NCBI GenBank assembly: GCA_965655095.1 | Contig: OZ296650.1 | Span: 22,134,001 to 22,198,000, forward strand | Direction: 5' to 3' | Source: Haplodiscus bocki | Taxonomy: Eukaryota | DNA: 64,000 nt | In this document: positions 11,976-24,129 of the stretch, piece after piece | How the letters are laid out: every line of letters starts with the position of its first letter | How positions within the stretch are numbered: the first letter of the stretch is position 1 | Translations under genes and position numbers: made by a program | The notes under the pieces: model-generated | The model's database searches: none | The model's input: the letters and a program-made list of their open reading frames with translations, nothing else | What the model was told of the DNA's origin: nothing

Positions 11976-12104
11976 CCAAAGGTTTTATATCTTAGTTTTA
12001 ATATAAATATAAACTTTAATAAACCTAGGAGGAAAAAAATTGAAGCGATTGCTCCTCCTGAATAATCAGAGTTATACTGATTAAATTGTTTCAAAACAAA
12101 ATCA

Positions 12105-12680
12105 TACTTATTGCCTATGTGGTTGTCATAGGTTTAATACAGTTGAGATAATAGATTGTGAAAAAGTAAATCCTAAAACAGAAAAACTCGTTAAAGTTAG
12201 AAAAAGGAAATGTGACTTTTGTGAACGAGATAAATCCAAACTTTTTACAAACCAAATGACTACAGGTGAAAATTTTCAAAAAAGAGAAACATAAGCAGGG
12301 GCATTGTAGCTCTATGACAAATTGAGCATGGTCTGATTTGAATAGCGATTGCAGTAGTCTTAAAATACATGATGAGTGTGGAAACAGTAATGGTATATAT
12401 CAAAAACAAATTATTTTTACTCCTAATCGATATCAAAAAGAAAAAGCGGGATTAACAAATAAATTGAAAAAAAATTCAAAGGTACTGGAAAAGCTAAGAG
12501 TAAATTTTTAAAACCAGCAGTTCATATAGCAGCGCGTTTTATCAGAATGGCTGTTGGAGCTGAAAGTAAAAACCCCAAAGTGGGTCGAGCTACGACCAAC
12601 ACATTGAAAACCATATCTGGCTGTAAAATCCTTAGTTTAACTAAAATGCATAGTAATGGATTAAGAATGCGTGTTATGTG
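12105..12680 (+). pseudogene. Two small viral ORFs: Zn-ribbon ORF and Cys-rich/basic amphipathic ORF (candidate core or membrane-lytic protein)
   Basis: YCL...VNPKTEKLVKVRKRKCDFCERDKSK; then from 12256 MTTGENFQK...HCSSMT...HDECGNS...QIIFTPNRYQKEKAGLTNKLKK...FLKPAVHIAARFIRMAVGA...LRMRVM*. Confidence 0.45.
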
Positions 12681-12709
12681 ATTTTATAAAAATGAAGTTT
12701 GTTTACTAA

Positions 12710-13335
12710 ATGAGTATTTCGATCAAAGATTTATTTGATTATGATCTAGATAAAAGATCTTCAAAATGTAAAACGGTTTGCTTGAGATCTATCTTTTATA
12801 AAAATAAAAAATCAAAAGAAGGATTAGACTATCAATGTAAAAGTTGTGTGATTCAAAAACAAAAAAAACGTAATGTTGAAAAACGAGAGCAAATAAAAAA
12901 CGTTCATTGGAAAATCGTGATAGAAATATTAATAACAAAATTAAATAAAATACAAACAGAAATGAAACTGTGGCTAATTTTCGTCTAGTTCATGTCACAA
13001 GACGTAGGATTCACCACGCACATATAGGCGAATCAAAATCACATTCCACAAAAAACATATTGGGAATTGATGTGGAATCCTGAAGAAAATTGATTGACTT
13101 TCAATTGACTCCGGATATGAGTTGCTCGAATCTTGAAATTGATCATGAAAAACCAATTTCTTCTTTCTATTTATTAAAAAATGAAGGTAGGCGAGAAGCT
13201 TTCAATTGGATAAACACTCAAGCTCTGGTAGAAGAAGATCATCTTCACCAAGCAACTAATTGTATTTTCCTCGATTATAGACTGTAATTCATGAAAACAT
13301 ATCAATTTCCTAAACTAAAAGATTCAGAGAACAAT
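12710..13335 (+). pseudogene. HNH/EndoVII-like endonuclease with N-terminal Cys cluster (decayed)
   Basis: KCKTVC...FYKNKKSKEGLDYQCKSC, then ILGIDVES...EIDHEKPISSF...AFNWINTQAL (DHxxP...NxQxL, HNH-type motif as in large DNA virus nucleases). Confidence 0.68.
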
Positions 13336-14177
13336 TAACAATTTTATAGACGAAAAATATAGCAAACATCCAAGAAAAAACAATATCACAAACAAAACTA
13401 ATATTTGTCATATTGATGATTCTTGCATTTTACATTTATTAGACTTGAACGGTTATGGTCCTAAAAACAATAGAGATATATTTTCGTAGTGATTGATAAT
13501 TTTAGTGAATTTGGTTGGAATGCTGCTTTAAAAAACAAAGATTCTCGGACATTTACTGAATATTTTGAAAAAGTTTGTAAAACGTCGAAAAGAAAACCAA
13601 TTTTAAATAAAACAGATGACGGTAAACAATTTTTAAACAAAATATTTACTAACCTCCTAAATAACTATAACATTTAAAGATATTATAGAAATAACTCCTT
13701 GGGAGATGTTTTTGCAGAACGTTTCAATCGGTCTCTTAGAAATCATCGTAAAAAGCATGTTTCTGAAAAAGGAGATACTGTTTGGATTGATGGACGCCCA
13801 GAATAATGAAGCAGTACAAGAACAGCAAACCTTCTTCTACTAAATTGACACCAATTCAAGTTTCTCTAAACAATAATGAAGGATACGTTTATCAAAATTT
13901 ATTAGCCAAAAGAAAGAAAGTTGAATCAAAACAAAAAATAGGCGATCTCATTAGAACAGCAGATTGGAAGAAAACAATCTCAAAATCTGATACAAATAAT
14001 TGGAGTTATGATATATATAAATTTCTAGAAGTTATTAATGAGACAATACCACGTTATTGCATTGACAGTTTACCAAGGAGATATAAAGGAGCCTTGTTGA
14101 AAAAGACTAAGTTTACAGTGAAACAAAAAAAGGATGCAGTGAAAAAACTAAATCTATTTGAAAAAAGTATTGATTAA
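13330..14177 (+). pseudogene. Retroviral-type (rve, DDE) Polinton integrase (decayed)
   Basis: LLDLNGY (D1), VVIDNFSEFGW, KTDDGKQFLNK (D2), FAERFNRSLR (E), then YKNSKPSSTKLTP, KIGDLIR...NWSYDIY C-terminal domain; no chromodomain visible. Confidence 0.92.
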
Positions 14178-14180
14178 CAA

Positions 14181-15340
14181 ATGGAATTAACCGAAGGCCA
14201 AATTATTGAAAAGTATGCTAATCGTTGTATGCAGTCCCTGAGAATTACTTTTTTGCCATATCAACATGAACTCAGGGGTATTGCATGTGGATATAATGTT
14301 GTAAAAAGGAAAAACGAACTTTCAAGAGTTCAACGAAAAGAGCTAAACTTTACTAATAGATAAAATTATGCTGAGAAAGAAAATAAAATGTATTTTATTG
14401 ATGTTTATAATATATACGAAAGTAATGATTTCAATGGAGTTTTTTTGTTTTATCAAATTTGAAGGACAAAAAATTAAAAATTAAAAACGACTATTTTGGA
14501 AAACACAAAAAAAGAACGAAGATTTTGAACAATAATATTATTCTAGAGCAGCAAAAAGTAAACAAAAAATTGATCATAATAGTATTAGATTAATGAAATG
14601 GATGGAAAAAAATGATACACTTTACGGAATTATATAGTGCGTTGATTTAACGGGTTCTATTCAAAAAATGAAATACTTAACCAATAAATATTATAAACAA
14701 AAAAAGTATAAATGATATATCCATCCCTGAAAAAATATTCTTTTAAGAAAAAGAAAAAAACCTAAAAGTTTGAGAACTCAATGTCAAGTACAAAGTGAAA
14801 CAAAATAAGACAAAATCAAAAAGTAATTGAAATTGAAAATGAAGAATTAGAATTAGAATCTTATGCAAAAAAGAAAATAATTTTAAAAAGTTTGAAAAAC
14901 CTAGAATTCTTTTTGAACGTCCCAGCTGTAAACAACGAACATTGATTGAAAGTGATTAGGGATATTGTTGTGTTTTTTTCCACGTCCTAATAATGAACAA
15001 AATCACCAAATAGATGAAAAAATACTTTGAAAGAATAACAATTTTTCCGGAGACTACCATATGCCTACAAAAAAATAGAAAAAGATGTCTTTCTATGATC
15101 AATATATAGTATAAATCAAAAGAAAATTTCATTTATAAAGCATAAAAATTGAAAAAGAGGAGGAAATTGAAATTTCTTCACGACTTTTGCAATTATTATA
15201 ATGAAAAGATTTATTCATGGCAAAATGGTAATTTTCATTTTGAAGAGGATCCTTTTTGTTAGAACGCAGAAAGTATAGCTTTTATTATGCATGAGGCTCC
15301 GTTCTTAAGGAGCTATTTTCAAATAGAAATTCAAATTAGG
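14181..15340 (+). pseudogene. Two decayed Lys-rich viral ORFs with Cys pairs (putative Zn-ribbon proteins)
   Basis: MELTEGQIIEKYANRCMQS...IACGYNVVKRKNEL... and a second ORF from 14712 with PSCKQR...GYCC; heavily disrupted. Confidence 0.4.
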
Positions 15341-15459
15341 AGTAAAAACATCAAATATTTTGCTTTGTTTTGTAATATCATTTTAAATTTAACAGATGGA
15401 GGAGAATTTTTGGTTTCAAATAAATCATTTCAAGGTTTTCATATGAAAACTTTGGAAAT

Positions 15460-18400
15460 GCAAATTATAAATAGCCACAAAATAAGATGTGTGTAATATT
15501 GATATCCATAGAGCCTCAGTTGTAAAACCCTTGAAAAGCAAGAAGCATTTGGAAAAAGAAACAATTATTCGCACTATATTTTTCAATGAAACGGATGCAA
15601 CTAATAAAACCAAACGGAAAAAAACATAATTGCCTAAAAGAAATGTCCAGAGAAAAAATCAGTAGAGAAGATGAACAATTAAATAAGAAAAGTGCTTAAA
15701 AACTGAATCATTGTAATCTTTTTGCCTATAAAAAGTTAGAAGTTGGTGATAATTTTCATTTAGATAGTCATCAAGTCAATCATATAAATTCTAAAACAAC
15801 CATTCCACCAAAATATTTAGAAATTGAATAAAAACGTGGTAATATTAAAGTAAATAAAATGTCTAATATGCATGCAAGATTTTTCAACCAATATATATAA
15901 ATATCAGACAGTGTTTTCAGCAATATTTGTTAAACAGGATGAAGATGATCAAGTACTAGATTAAATTGAAATATAAAGTTTTTTAATTATTAATCAAAAT
16001 GAAAAGAGGTTGATTTTGATAGTATTGACATTCGATCTCAATTAGAAAGACAATCAAGAGATGAAGGATGGTGGTTCAAGATTTCATAACATTAACTGAA
16101 TGACAATAATTTTCCATTAAACTACCGCAAAAAACGGTTCCAGTCATGTAAAAACTCCATTAAGAAGTTCAGCTTGTTTCAATATTGTAAACGCTGACAA
16201 ACACTGTTTCATTCGGTCAATCTAAGCGCACCTTCATCCTCGTGACAATAGTACTTCTATTAGAGTATCAAATTATATGCAATAATTTAATGAATTAAAC
16301 ATTGATGAATTTCATTTTTCAAATGGACTTAGACGTAGTGATGTCTACAAGCTTGAGAATTTGGAAAGTTTTCTATAAACCTATTTGAACCGAGTTTTTA
16401 TCAAGACGAAAATGATTGGTAAAACTAATTATTTCCTCTCAAATTTAGTAAAAAATTGTTCAGAAGGTGTTATTGACTTGATGATATATAAAAATCAATA
16501 AAATGTAATGAAAAAGTTCCATGCACTTTTAGGTGAAAAGGGANNNNNNNNNNNNNNNNNNNNNNNNNNNNNNNNNNNNNNNNNNNNNNNNNNNNNNNNN
16601 NNNNNNNNNNNNNNNNNNNNNNNNNNNNNNNNNNNNNNNNNNNNNNNNNNNNNNNNNNNNNNNNNNNNNNNNNNNNNNNNNNNNNNNNNNNNNNNNNNNN
16701 NNNNNNNNNNNNNNNNNNNNNNNNNNNNNNNNNNNNNNNNNNNGGACCATTGTCTTTTAATGGGTAAATATAGAGGACCAGCACATCACAAATGTGATAT
16801 AAAAACCAAACAGAAACAAAGCAACTTTATTTCATTTCCGTTTCATAATTTCAGTAGTTTTGATTGTCATCTATTCTTCAAAAAATTCCTTGATAAAAGG
16901 AAATTTAATGTTAAACTAGAATTTATTGCAAAAACAAATGAGGAGTATATATCAGTATCCTAAGTTTGTATACGATTCATAGGAAATTAATGATTTTTAT
17001 CAAATAGTTTAGATAATTTAGTTATATCATTTATTGAAGTCAAACAAAAAACATTTAACATTGTTCAAAAATACTTTCTTGATATTGACATTATATTAAA
17101 TGACGTTATAGAATTTGAAGTTCTTATCAACGAAAATATAAACGAAAATGATTACATTGAGACTTTCAAGAAAGAAATCCCAGATAAAATAGAAAAAATG
17201 GAAGAAGCTATTTATGATCATACGTCTGAAAATACTTCTCTCAAAGATTTGAAAGATGAATTTCCTGAAAATTGGAAGTTTTTATCCAGAAAAATTAGCT
17301 TATGTTTATGAATATTTCAAAAGTATTGAAGATTATAAGTTACCTGTTAGCAATTTTTAAAAAGAAGACTTTTTTATTGAATGAAAATGTTGCTGCCCCA
17401 ATGATGAAGAAAAAGAACGAACAAAAAAAGTATTGAAGTATTTAAAACGAAAAATGGAAAAAAAAACTAATTGAAATCTATTTAAAACTTGATATACGTT
17501 TAATAACAGTTGCATCGAAAATTTTTTAAAGTTTCAAGAAACGAATGTAAAATCAATGTTTCTTGATATGTGAGCTTACCTAGATGTACGTGGCAATGTG
17601 GATTGAAATATAGTGATGTTAAACTCCGAACACCTCAAGAGAAAGATATAATACTATTACTTGAAAATAAATTCTTGGGGGTATAAACAGTGTCATGGGG
17701 AGTAGATATGTAAAAACAGATGAAAATAAAAAGATATGATTTATAGATGCAAAAAATCTTTATGGTTGGGCGATGTTTCAGTTACTACCCTCTGATGAAA
17801 TTAAATTTGATAAAAAGTTTGAACTAGAAGATATTTTGATTGTTTGTGATGATTCAGATATTGGATATTTTGTAAAATAACATTTAAAAAAATCTGATGC
17901 TGAAATAAATAGAAAAACAAGAAATTTCACACTTTGCCCCGAAAACAAAGTTACGCAACAAGATTTGTCTAGATGTTATATGAATAAAACAAGAACGAAT
18001 ACTTTTATACCATGTAACCAACTATTTTGTGATTGGACTGATAACAAAGAATGTTTGTAAAACTACAGATTGTTGAATTTTTATGTTAGACATGGTATGG
18101 TTGTTGGGGACGTTCATAATGTAATTTGCTTCAAACAGAGTGATTGGTTACAGAAATATAAAAACTTTAATACTCAAAAAAATAGAAACAAATCAACAAA
18201 TGTTTTCGAAAAGTTTTTTATATAATTTATTAGTTAACAGTTTTTTTGGTAAAACAAGGGAGAACAAAAAAAAGAATGTAAGTAGAATTCTTTTAAAAAA
18301 TTAATGATGATGAAATGTTGAAGACGCAATCAAAACTAACCTTTAATGGTATTCAGAAATCGTATGAAAAATTTGATGGCTAAATGTTTAAACAAAAGGA

Positions 18401-18987
18401 GATGCTAATGGATAAACCAATAAATCTCGGTTTCAGTGTATTGGAAATATCAAAAGTACTAATGTATGAAACATATTATGATAAGTTACAACCATATTTT
18501 GGAGAAATCAATCTAGAGCCATATTCTATGGATACTGATTGCTTTGTAGTAAGCATAAATACAAATGATGTTTTTAAAGACTTATATAATCTCAAAGACT
18601 CATTCAATTTCAGTAATTTAAATAAAGAACACCAAGTATTCAGTATTGATTGAAAAAAGTGGTTGGTATATTAAAAATTGAAAACCCCTAAAAGTATTTG
18701 GATAGATAAATTTATATGTCTAAGAAGTAAAGCATATTCATTTAAATGTGCAAATGATCGGCAAAAAATTTGAAAAATATTTCTTAATCATTACCAAAAA
18801 CTAATAAATTGGAAGAAGATTATACTTGTTTGTTCGGAGGACAATATCAAAAGTAATGTGGTAATTACATTACAAAACCTATTAGTCGTGAAATGTATCT
18901 TCAAAATGTAAGTAAAAATAGTGTTTGTCACCTTTTGATGATAAACGACATTATATAAATGAAATTGAAAGCATACTTTGGAATTGA
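15460..18987 (+). pseudogene. Protein-primed family B DNA polymerase (pPolB) with EndoVII-like insert (decayed)
   Basis: DHCLLMGKYRGPAHHKC (EndoVII-like), FHNFSSFDCHLF (Exo II), IYLKLDI (Exo III), IDAKNLYGWAM (motif A), FFGKT (motif B remnant), KPINLGFSVLEISKVLMY...YSMDTDCF (motif C), C-terminal SPFDDKR. Interrupted by a 200-N gap. Confidence 0.95.
16544..16743. other. Assembly gap (200 N)
   Basis: Run of N inside pPolB. Confidence 0.99.
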
Positions 18988-19284
18988 TTTTGTATGTTCT
19001 CAGAATTGTAAAAGTTTATGAAGTTGTGTACCCCCATTGATACATTATTCAGAAAAAATTTATGTAATAAAGATCTTTCATATAAAATAATTTTTATAAA
19101 ATTTAAGTTTTCCTTTTTTATCATCATACCTGTGTACTCCCATAAATACACTATTCAGATTAGTTTCACTTGAATTTTTTTGTTTTATTATAATATCCTG
19201 TGTACCCCCTTTGATGTAGTAAATTTTTACATGTACCTCCGCGGCGTCTGAAGTCAAATTCAGTTTTAGACACTGCTCACTACT
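18840..19284 (-). repeat. Right terminal inverted repeat of Polinton-like element
   Basis: Reverse complement of the left TIR; terminates in ACTACT at 19284; overlaps the 3' end of pPolB. Confidence 0.9.
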
Positions 19285-21471
19285 TATTTTTTTCAAAAGG
19301 TGCTATTTTGTTTTTCAACTTACAACGTTATATAGATCTGTCTTTTGTAAGTATGTGATGTGCAATACAATTTATAACAGAAAAAATTAAAGCTTGATTG
19401 TTGTGAAAAGTGACGGTAATGTTGGCAATGAGACTCAAAAAGTGAATTTTTGTTCCTCATGCGCTGCGTCACCACAAGTCTGGTGACTTCAATTGTTATA
19501 GTTGGTAACTAGAATTATCCAGAAGAAACATGGTTGATGTATGATTACTCATACCACAATGATAGATTCCAGTGAGAATCAATTTTGCTAGTGAACCGGT
19601 AGTATACGGAACTTTTCTAAAATGACACTCAGTTTGATGTTAGGTGGCTACGCAACGATGAAACTAGGAAAAATTTTAGTATAGTCCTCAATTTCTCAAA
19701 GGAATTCCTTGTTCTACTCAAATAAGTTCAAGTTTAATACTGTTTGCTACAATGGTAAAGAAATAATCGAGACTAATCCTTCCGCTGGCCAATACTGATA
19801 GATTAGGTTCGTCCGTTTTTTATTGTAAGATGGAAAGAACGCGACATATAAAGGGGGAAAGGAATGGAAAGGTGACTATTTCCGGGCTTAGTAGGCAAAC
19901 TTTCATCTTTTTATCTTTTTTGTTTTTTTCCATTATTTTTTGTGCAACTTTTGGCGTTTGGACAACTCTGTTTGTCGCCAACGCGAAACAAAAAAGCAGA
20001 AAATTGATTTTGCAGAAAAACAAAGACGTGTGGCTGGCAAAATTTTCTCGTGAGTTTATCAGAACTCAGAGTAGGATCATGGATGCATTAACACAATTCG
20101 ACGAACTCCTGCTGAAATCACAATTATACGTTCAAACTGGCAGTGTTCCGCGAATTTCTTGGGATCTCTTGGAGAAGACTGGAAACAGTCCGAAAAATGT
20201 CTCAAACAGTTGTCTTTCCGAGGAAGAAGACGTTGAGAATAGAATGCCACACACTTCTTTTTTCAAATATTGACAACGTCTCTCAATAAATCGAAGTATA
20301 AAATCACCTAGCTTATCATCCAACTTACATATCCGTCAAGTTAGGTCACAACGAGCATAAAATTTTGTTGTTCCTTTGTCTTTGAGCAATAAAAAGTTTC
20401 TTGGAACTCTGCTTTATGAATGTTCCCATGGAAATGAAACACACATACATCAGATTGCTACAAAAAACAGTGAAATTTTTCGTTGACCTCTCTGCTTGTT
20501 TTGTTGCTGTTTCACTGATGATTTGGGGCAGCCCGTAGCTCGTGACCTTAACAATACTTGAAGCTAACGTCGATTTCGTTTCTTGGAGCACAGAATTTGG
20601 AATATGCAGTTGATGGCGTTAAAGAAGAGTAGCAGAACGTGAACTTTTATTCCGCGGAAATAATTTTCTTAAAAATACAAACCCACAACGTTTGATTTGG
20701 TTTTCGGCGTTGTAAATTTTATTGTTTTACTCTTCATTGATCAGGTCACTTTGAGGTTCGGATGAAGCACACGGAGTAGCACGTGTGAGATTGAAAGGAT
20801 AGTTGCCATGATCTTGCATTGTGTTGACTTAAAAATGTGGATTTCTTGCTATGATCTTGTATTTCCTGAAATTCTGAGAACGCCAAGCACTGGGTGATTT
20901 TTGATGCAAAGCTGCCTGTCAGTCGATATTACGTTCATAAGTAACTGCTATACCAATTTTTTTTCGAAATATTAAACTTTCAGATGGAAAGCTATCACGA
21001 TTTGACTATCCCGTCACAAAATCTTTTATCACTCCATTATTTACCCAAAAGAATGTTCCGGAAACAAAGTAAGTTTTTAAAAGGTTGAGTTTGAAATATA
21101 TGCCCTTTTGTGGCTCAATTTTTGAAACATGCGCAGGCTAAATGGAATTTCATTCACTTGCGGTCAAAAATGAAACCGGAGAAGCGCAGGAAATGAAAAA
21201 GCCCAAGCATCAAAGTCTGGATAGATTGTTTTTCTTCCAATTAACTCGGTCCTAATTTTCCCAAAAAAATGCCAAACCGAATCCGCTACATCGTTCCTAA
21301 ACACAACATTTTGGCTGTTAACGGCTCGATTGTAACAACTATGGAAAATACAACTTTGGAGACTCAGGCATAGGAAATGACTTCAAATATAACAGATTTT
21401 CAGAAAACTTTTCCAGAATTTTGGACTGCCACAGAAACTTATTATGAGATAAAATAAAACCTGTTTTTTTA

Positions 21472-23308
21472 TTCCATACAAAAAATGGATGCTTGAGGGC
21501 TTACCTGCCAACAGGTGTAAAACTGCAAATACGACATACAACATCAAATTAGTAAAAAAAAATCCAATAGCAAAAAGAGTTAAAAAGAAAATTCGGACCA
21601 CAGTCGAATTTAGTATGTGATCAATTGGACATTTCTTGTTATGCTCATCCAAAAGTTTGGTGAACTTTAGGCGCAGATGCGATGATACTTAACTTGAAAG
21701 CGACGAATAATCTTTAACGAAGTGAAAAATCATTTTTCTAACTTTTTTGCGTCGATATGTTGAAATAAATCCGTAGGGCAACAGAAAATTAGTATGTGAT
21801 CCATTGGGGAGTCTTCGTTAATTGCATGCAAAATTTGCGGATTTTCGGACCTTGGTGCCAAGATGTATGAGTAAGAAATGATGAGATATCCTCGAATAAG
21901 CGAAAAAAGTTATTTTCCGAGTTTTCGCAAAAAAATTCAAAAACATTTGACACAGAGGTGAAGAGGAATTTCTTTTCAGTCAGTATGTGTAAAAAGGCAC
22001 CGAAGTTTAATGTACAATTAACTGGAGTTTCATTGTTTTAGGTCTCTACTAAGTTATGGATCTTCCAAAAACCTATAAGTATCTAAATTATGAAGTTGTT
22101 TTCGCTAAAAAGTGAGTTTTTCGCGCAACCGAGATTAAGTATGAGATTGTGATCAACTGGAACTGGACCTTTTTTGTTATCCTTATTCAAAATTTAGGTA
22201 GCTTTTAAACCCATGGGCTACGAAATACGACCAACAAAGGATTTTCTTCAAAAAACGAAAAGAAAAAATACTCAATTTGCACGATGAATCCGCAGAAAAA
22301 ACTGTCGAAGAAATTTAGGAAGGCAACCGAATTTCAGTATATGATCAATTGGAGATTCCTTGTGATATACAAAATGTAAGTAACTTTTAAACTCGGGTGG
22401 TGAGATGTTTGATTGAAATTAACTTTATATTTTTGAAGAAGTGAGTAAGAGCTCATTTTTTAAGTTTCTTGCGCAAAAAATTGTCGAGCAAATTGCAGAA
22501 GGCAACTGAATGATATTGTAATTGACTGAATTTTTGTTCTGTTTGTGCAAGATTTTAGTCGATTTTCTGTGTCTAGGCGCAACTTTTAGTCGCTGGCGCT
22601 GATATGTATGATTTCAAAATATCGAAATCTATCCGAAGAGAAGAAAAATAACTAGTTTCCCAAGTTTCTTCCGCAGAAAGACTGTCAATTCATTTTCGGA
22701 GAACAACCGAAATTTAATGCTCAATTGCCTGGAGTGTCTTTGTCATGTCTGTGCAAAATTTTGATATTTTTCAGGCCCATGTGCGTGGAGGATATGTGAC
22801 TTGAAACGGCGGAGTATCATCAGAAAACGGAAAAATAGCTTTATTTTTAAGTTCTTTTTGCAAAAATGCGAAATATTTTGGGCCGCGACCGAAATTTAAT
22901 GTGTGCGTAACTGGAGTTTTTTTAAGGCTGTACGAAACTTTGGTAATTTTTAGACCCATGTGCTACGATATATGAATTGAAAATGAAAAAATTTCATGAA
23001 ATCGAATAGGTCAACCTGCACGATTAATTCGCGAAAATCCAATTGAAAAAGTTTTGGACCTATTCTCGATATTTGAATTATTTTTCAAGAAAATATTGTT
23101 ACTGCATTCATGTATGTCATTTGGGAAATATCTCGATTAAACTCGGTTGCTAAATGAAAGATTGGAAAATACTCAAAAATCGTGATTTTCAATACTTCCG
23201 ATATATGCTTCTTGAAAGGCATCCAGACAACATCCTGAACCCACTTTTAGAATATTTTGCATATTTTGCCATTTTGGGAAGTGCGCGAGCACATTCCGCT
23301 GTATGGAA
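21472..23308. mobile_element. Non-autonomous TIR element with an internal ~180-bp tandem array
   Basis: Ends TTCCATACA.../...TGTATGGAA, both flanked by TA. Eight degenerate copies of GCAACCGAA(A)TTT-AGTATGTGATCAATTGGA at ~21600, 21780, 22000, 22126, 22323, 22502, 22704, 22887. Confidence 0.7.
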
Positions 23309-23954
23309 TACGTTAACTGCTATGAACGTTTCAGCTCCTGATTTTTAACTTCTAAAGCCATTTATTTAGTATAAAAAAAGACATTTTTACTACAATCACA
23401 TGAAAATAAGCCTTAAACAACGGCATTTTAGAGATTAGAGAAAAGCGGTAACAGTCATTCCTCGGATTTTTCGTTAATCGGAAAGCACAGATCTTCTCTA
23501 GGGAAAAATTGCTCCTTTGCTATTTTGAGGACAACGACATGGTGGTTTGGATGCCGGCTACACTAACGACTGAAAAATCTAAATACTCATTCTGTCGCCT
23601 CTCTGATGAATGAACAATTTTCTTATAACATATTGGAACAATGCATCTTGTGGCTCTTCGGCCTCTAAATTAACGCAAAAGCGTCTACGCCTCTTAACAT
23701 ATTGTATAAATTTCAATGAAATCCATGCAGCGGTAAAAAAAAAGATATTGAGAGTCGGAAATGTCTAACAGTAAACACTCAATTTTGTCAACTTCGATTT
23801 CAAGATAGTCAAATTTCAACCAAATTTTGGTGTTTCAAAAGTAAAAGAATTAGGTGTTTTGGATCAACTTAGCTGGAAACATGTTCTTGCAGCATCGAAA
23901 AGACTATTGCAGATAGCAAAGATTCGAACTGAAAAACTCCTCTTTAGAATAATA

Positions 23955-24081
23955 CCCGGGTCGAACTTCGTCCGAAATTTTTCCAATGATAAAGGCGTAT
24001 GAATTTTATTCGTTATCCAGTACAAAAAAACTACCGGCGTTTCTCGGAAAAAAAGTGGATTTTAAGAAAAAAATTCGACCC
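23955..24081. mobile_element. Short MITE with CGGGTCGAA termini (deletion derivative related to 57496-59211)
   Basis: CCCGGGTCGAAC...AATTCGACCCG inverted ends. Confidence 0.55.
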
Positions 24082-24129
24082 GACCTTCTAAATTTTCCAC
24101 CTCCATATGTTATACGGAAAGGAAAATTA

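Larger units (their letters stand above)
3311..19284 (+). mobile_element. Full-length decayed Polinton/Maverick-like (adintovirus-like) endogenous virus, ~16 kb
   Basis: Long TIRs; right end reads ...CTCACTACT (5'-AGTAGT on - strand, a typical Polinton terminus). Contains remnants of pPolB, retroviral-type integrase, packaging ATPase, cysteine protease and capsid-like ORFs. Very AT-rich, no evident introns. Confidence 0.93.

Noticed and set aside
16470-16784. ORFs spanning poly-X
   Set aside because: Artefacts of the 200-N gap; only the + strand PolB frame is meaningful.
5060-18987. Alternative genetic code or programmed recoding explaining the viral stops
   Set aside because: Stops are of all three types, accompanied by frameshifts and mutated catalytic residues, which indicates neutral decay.
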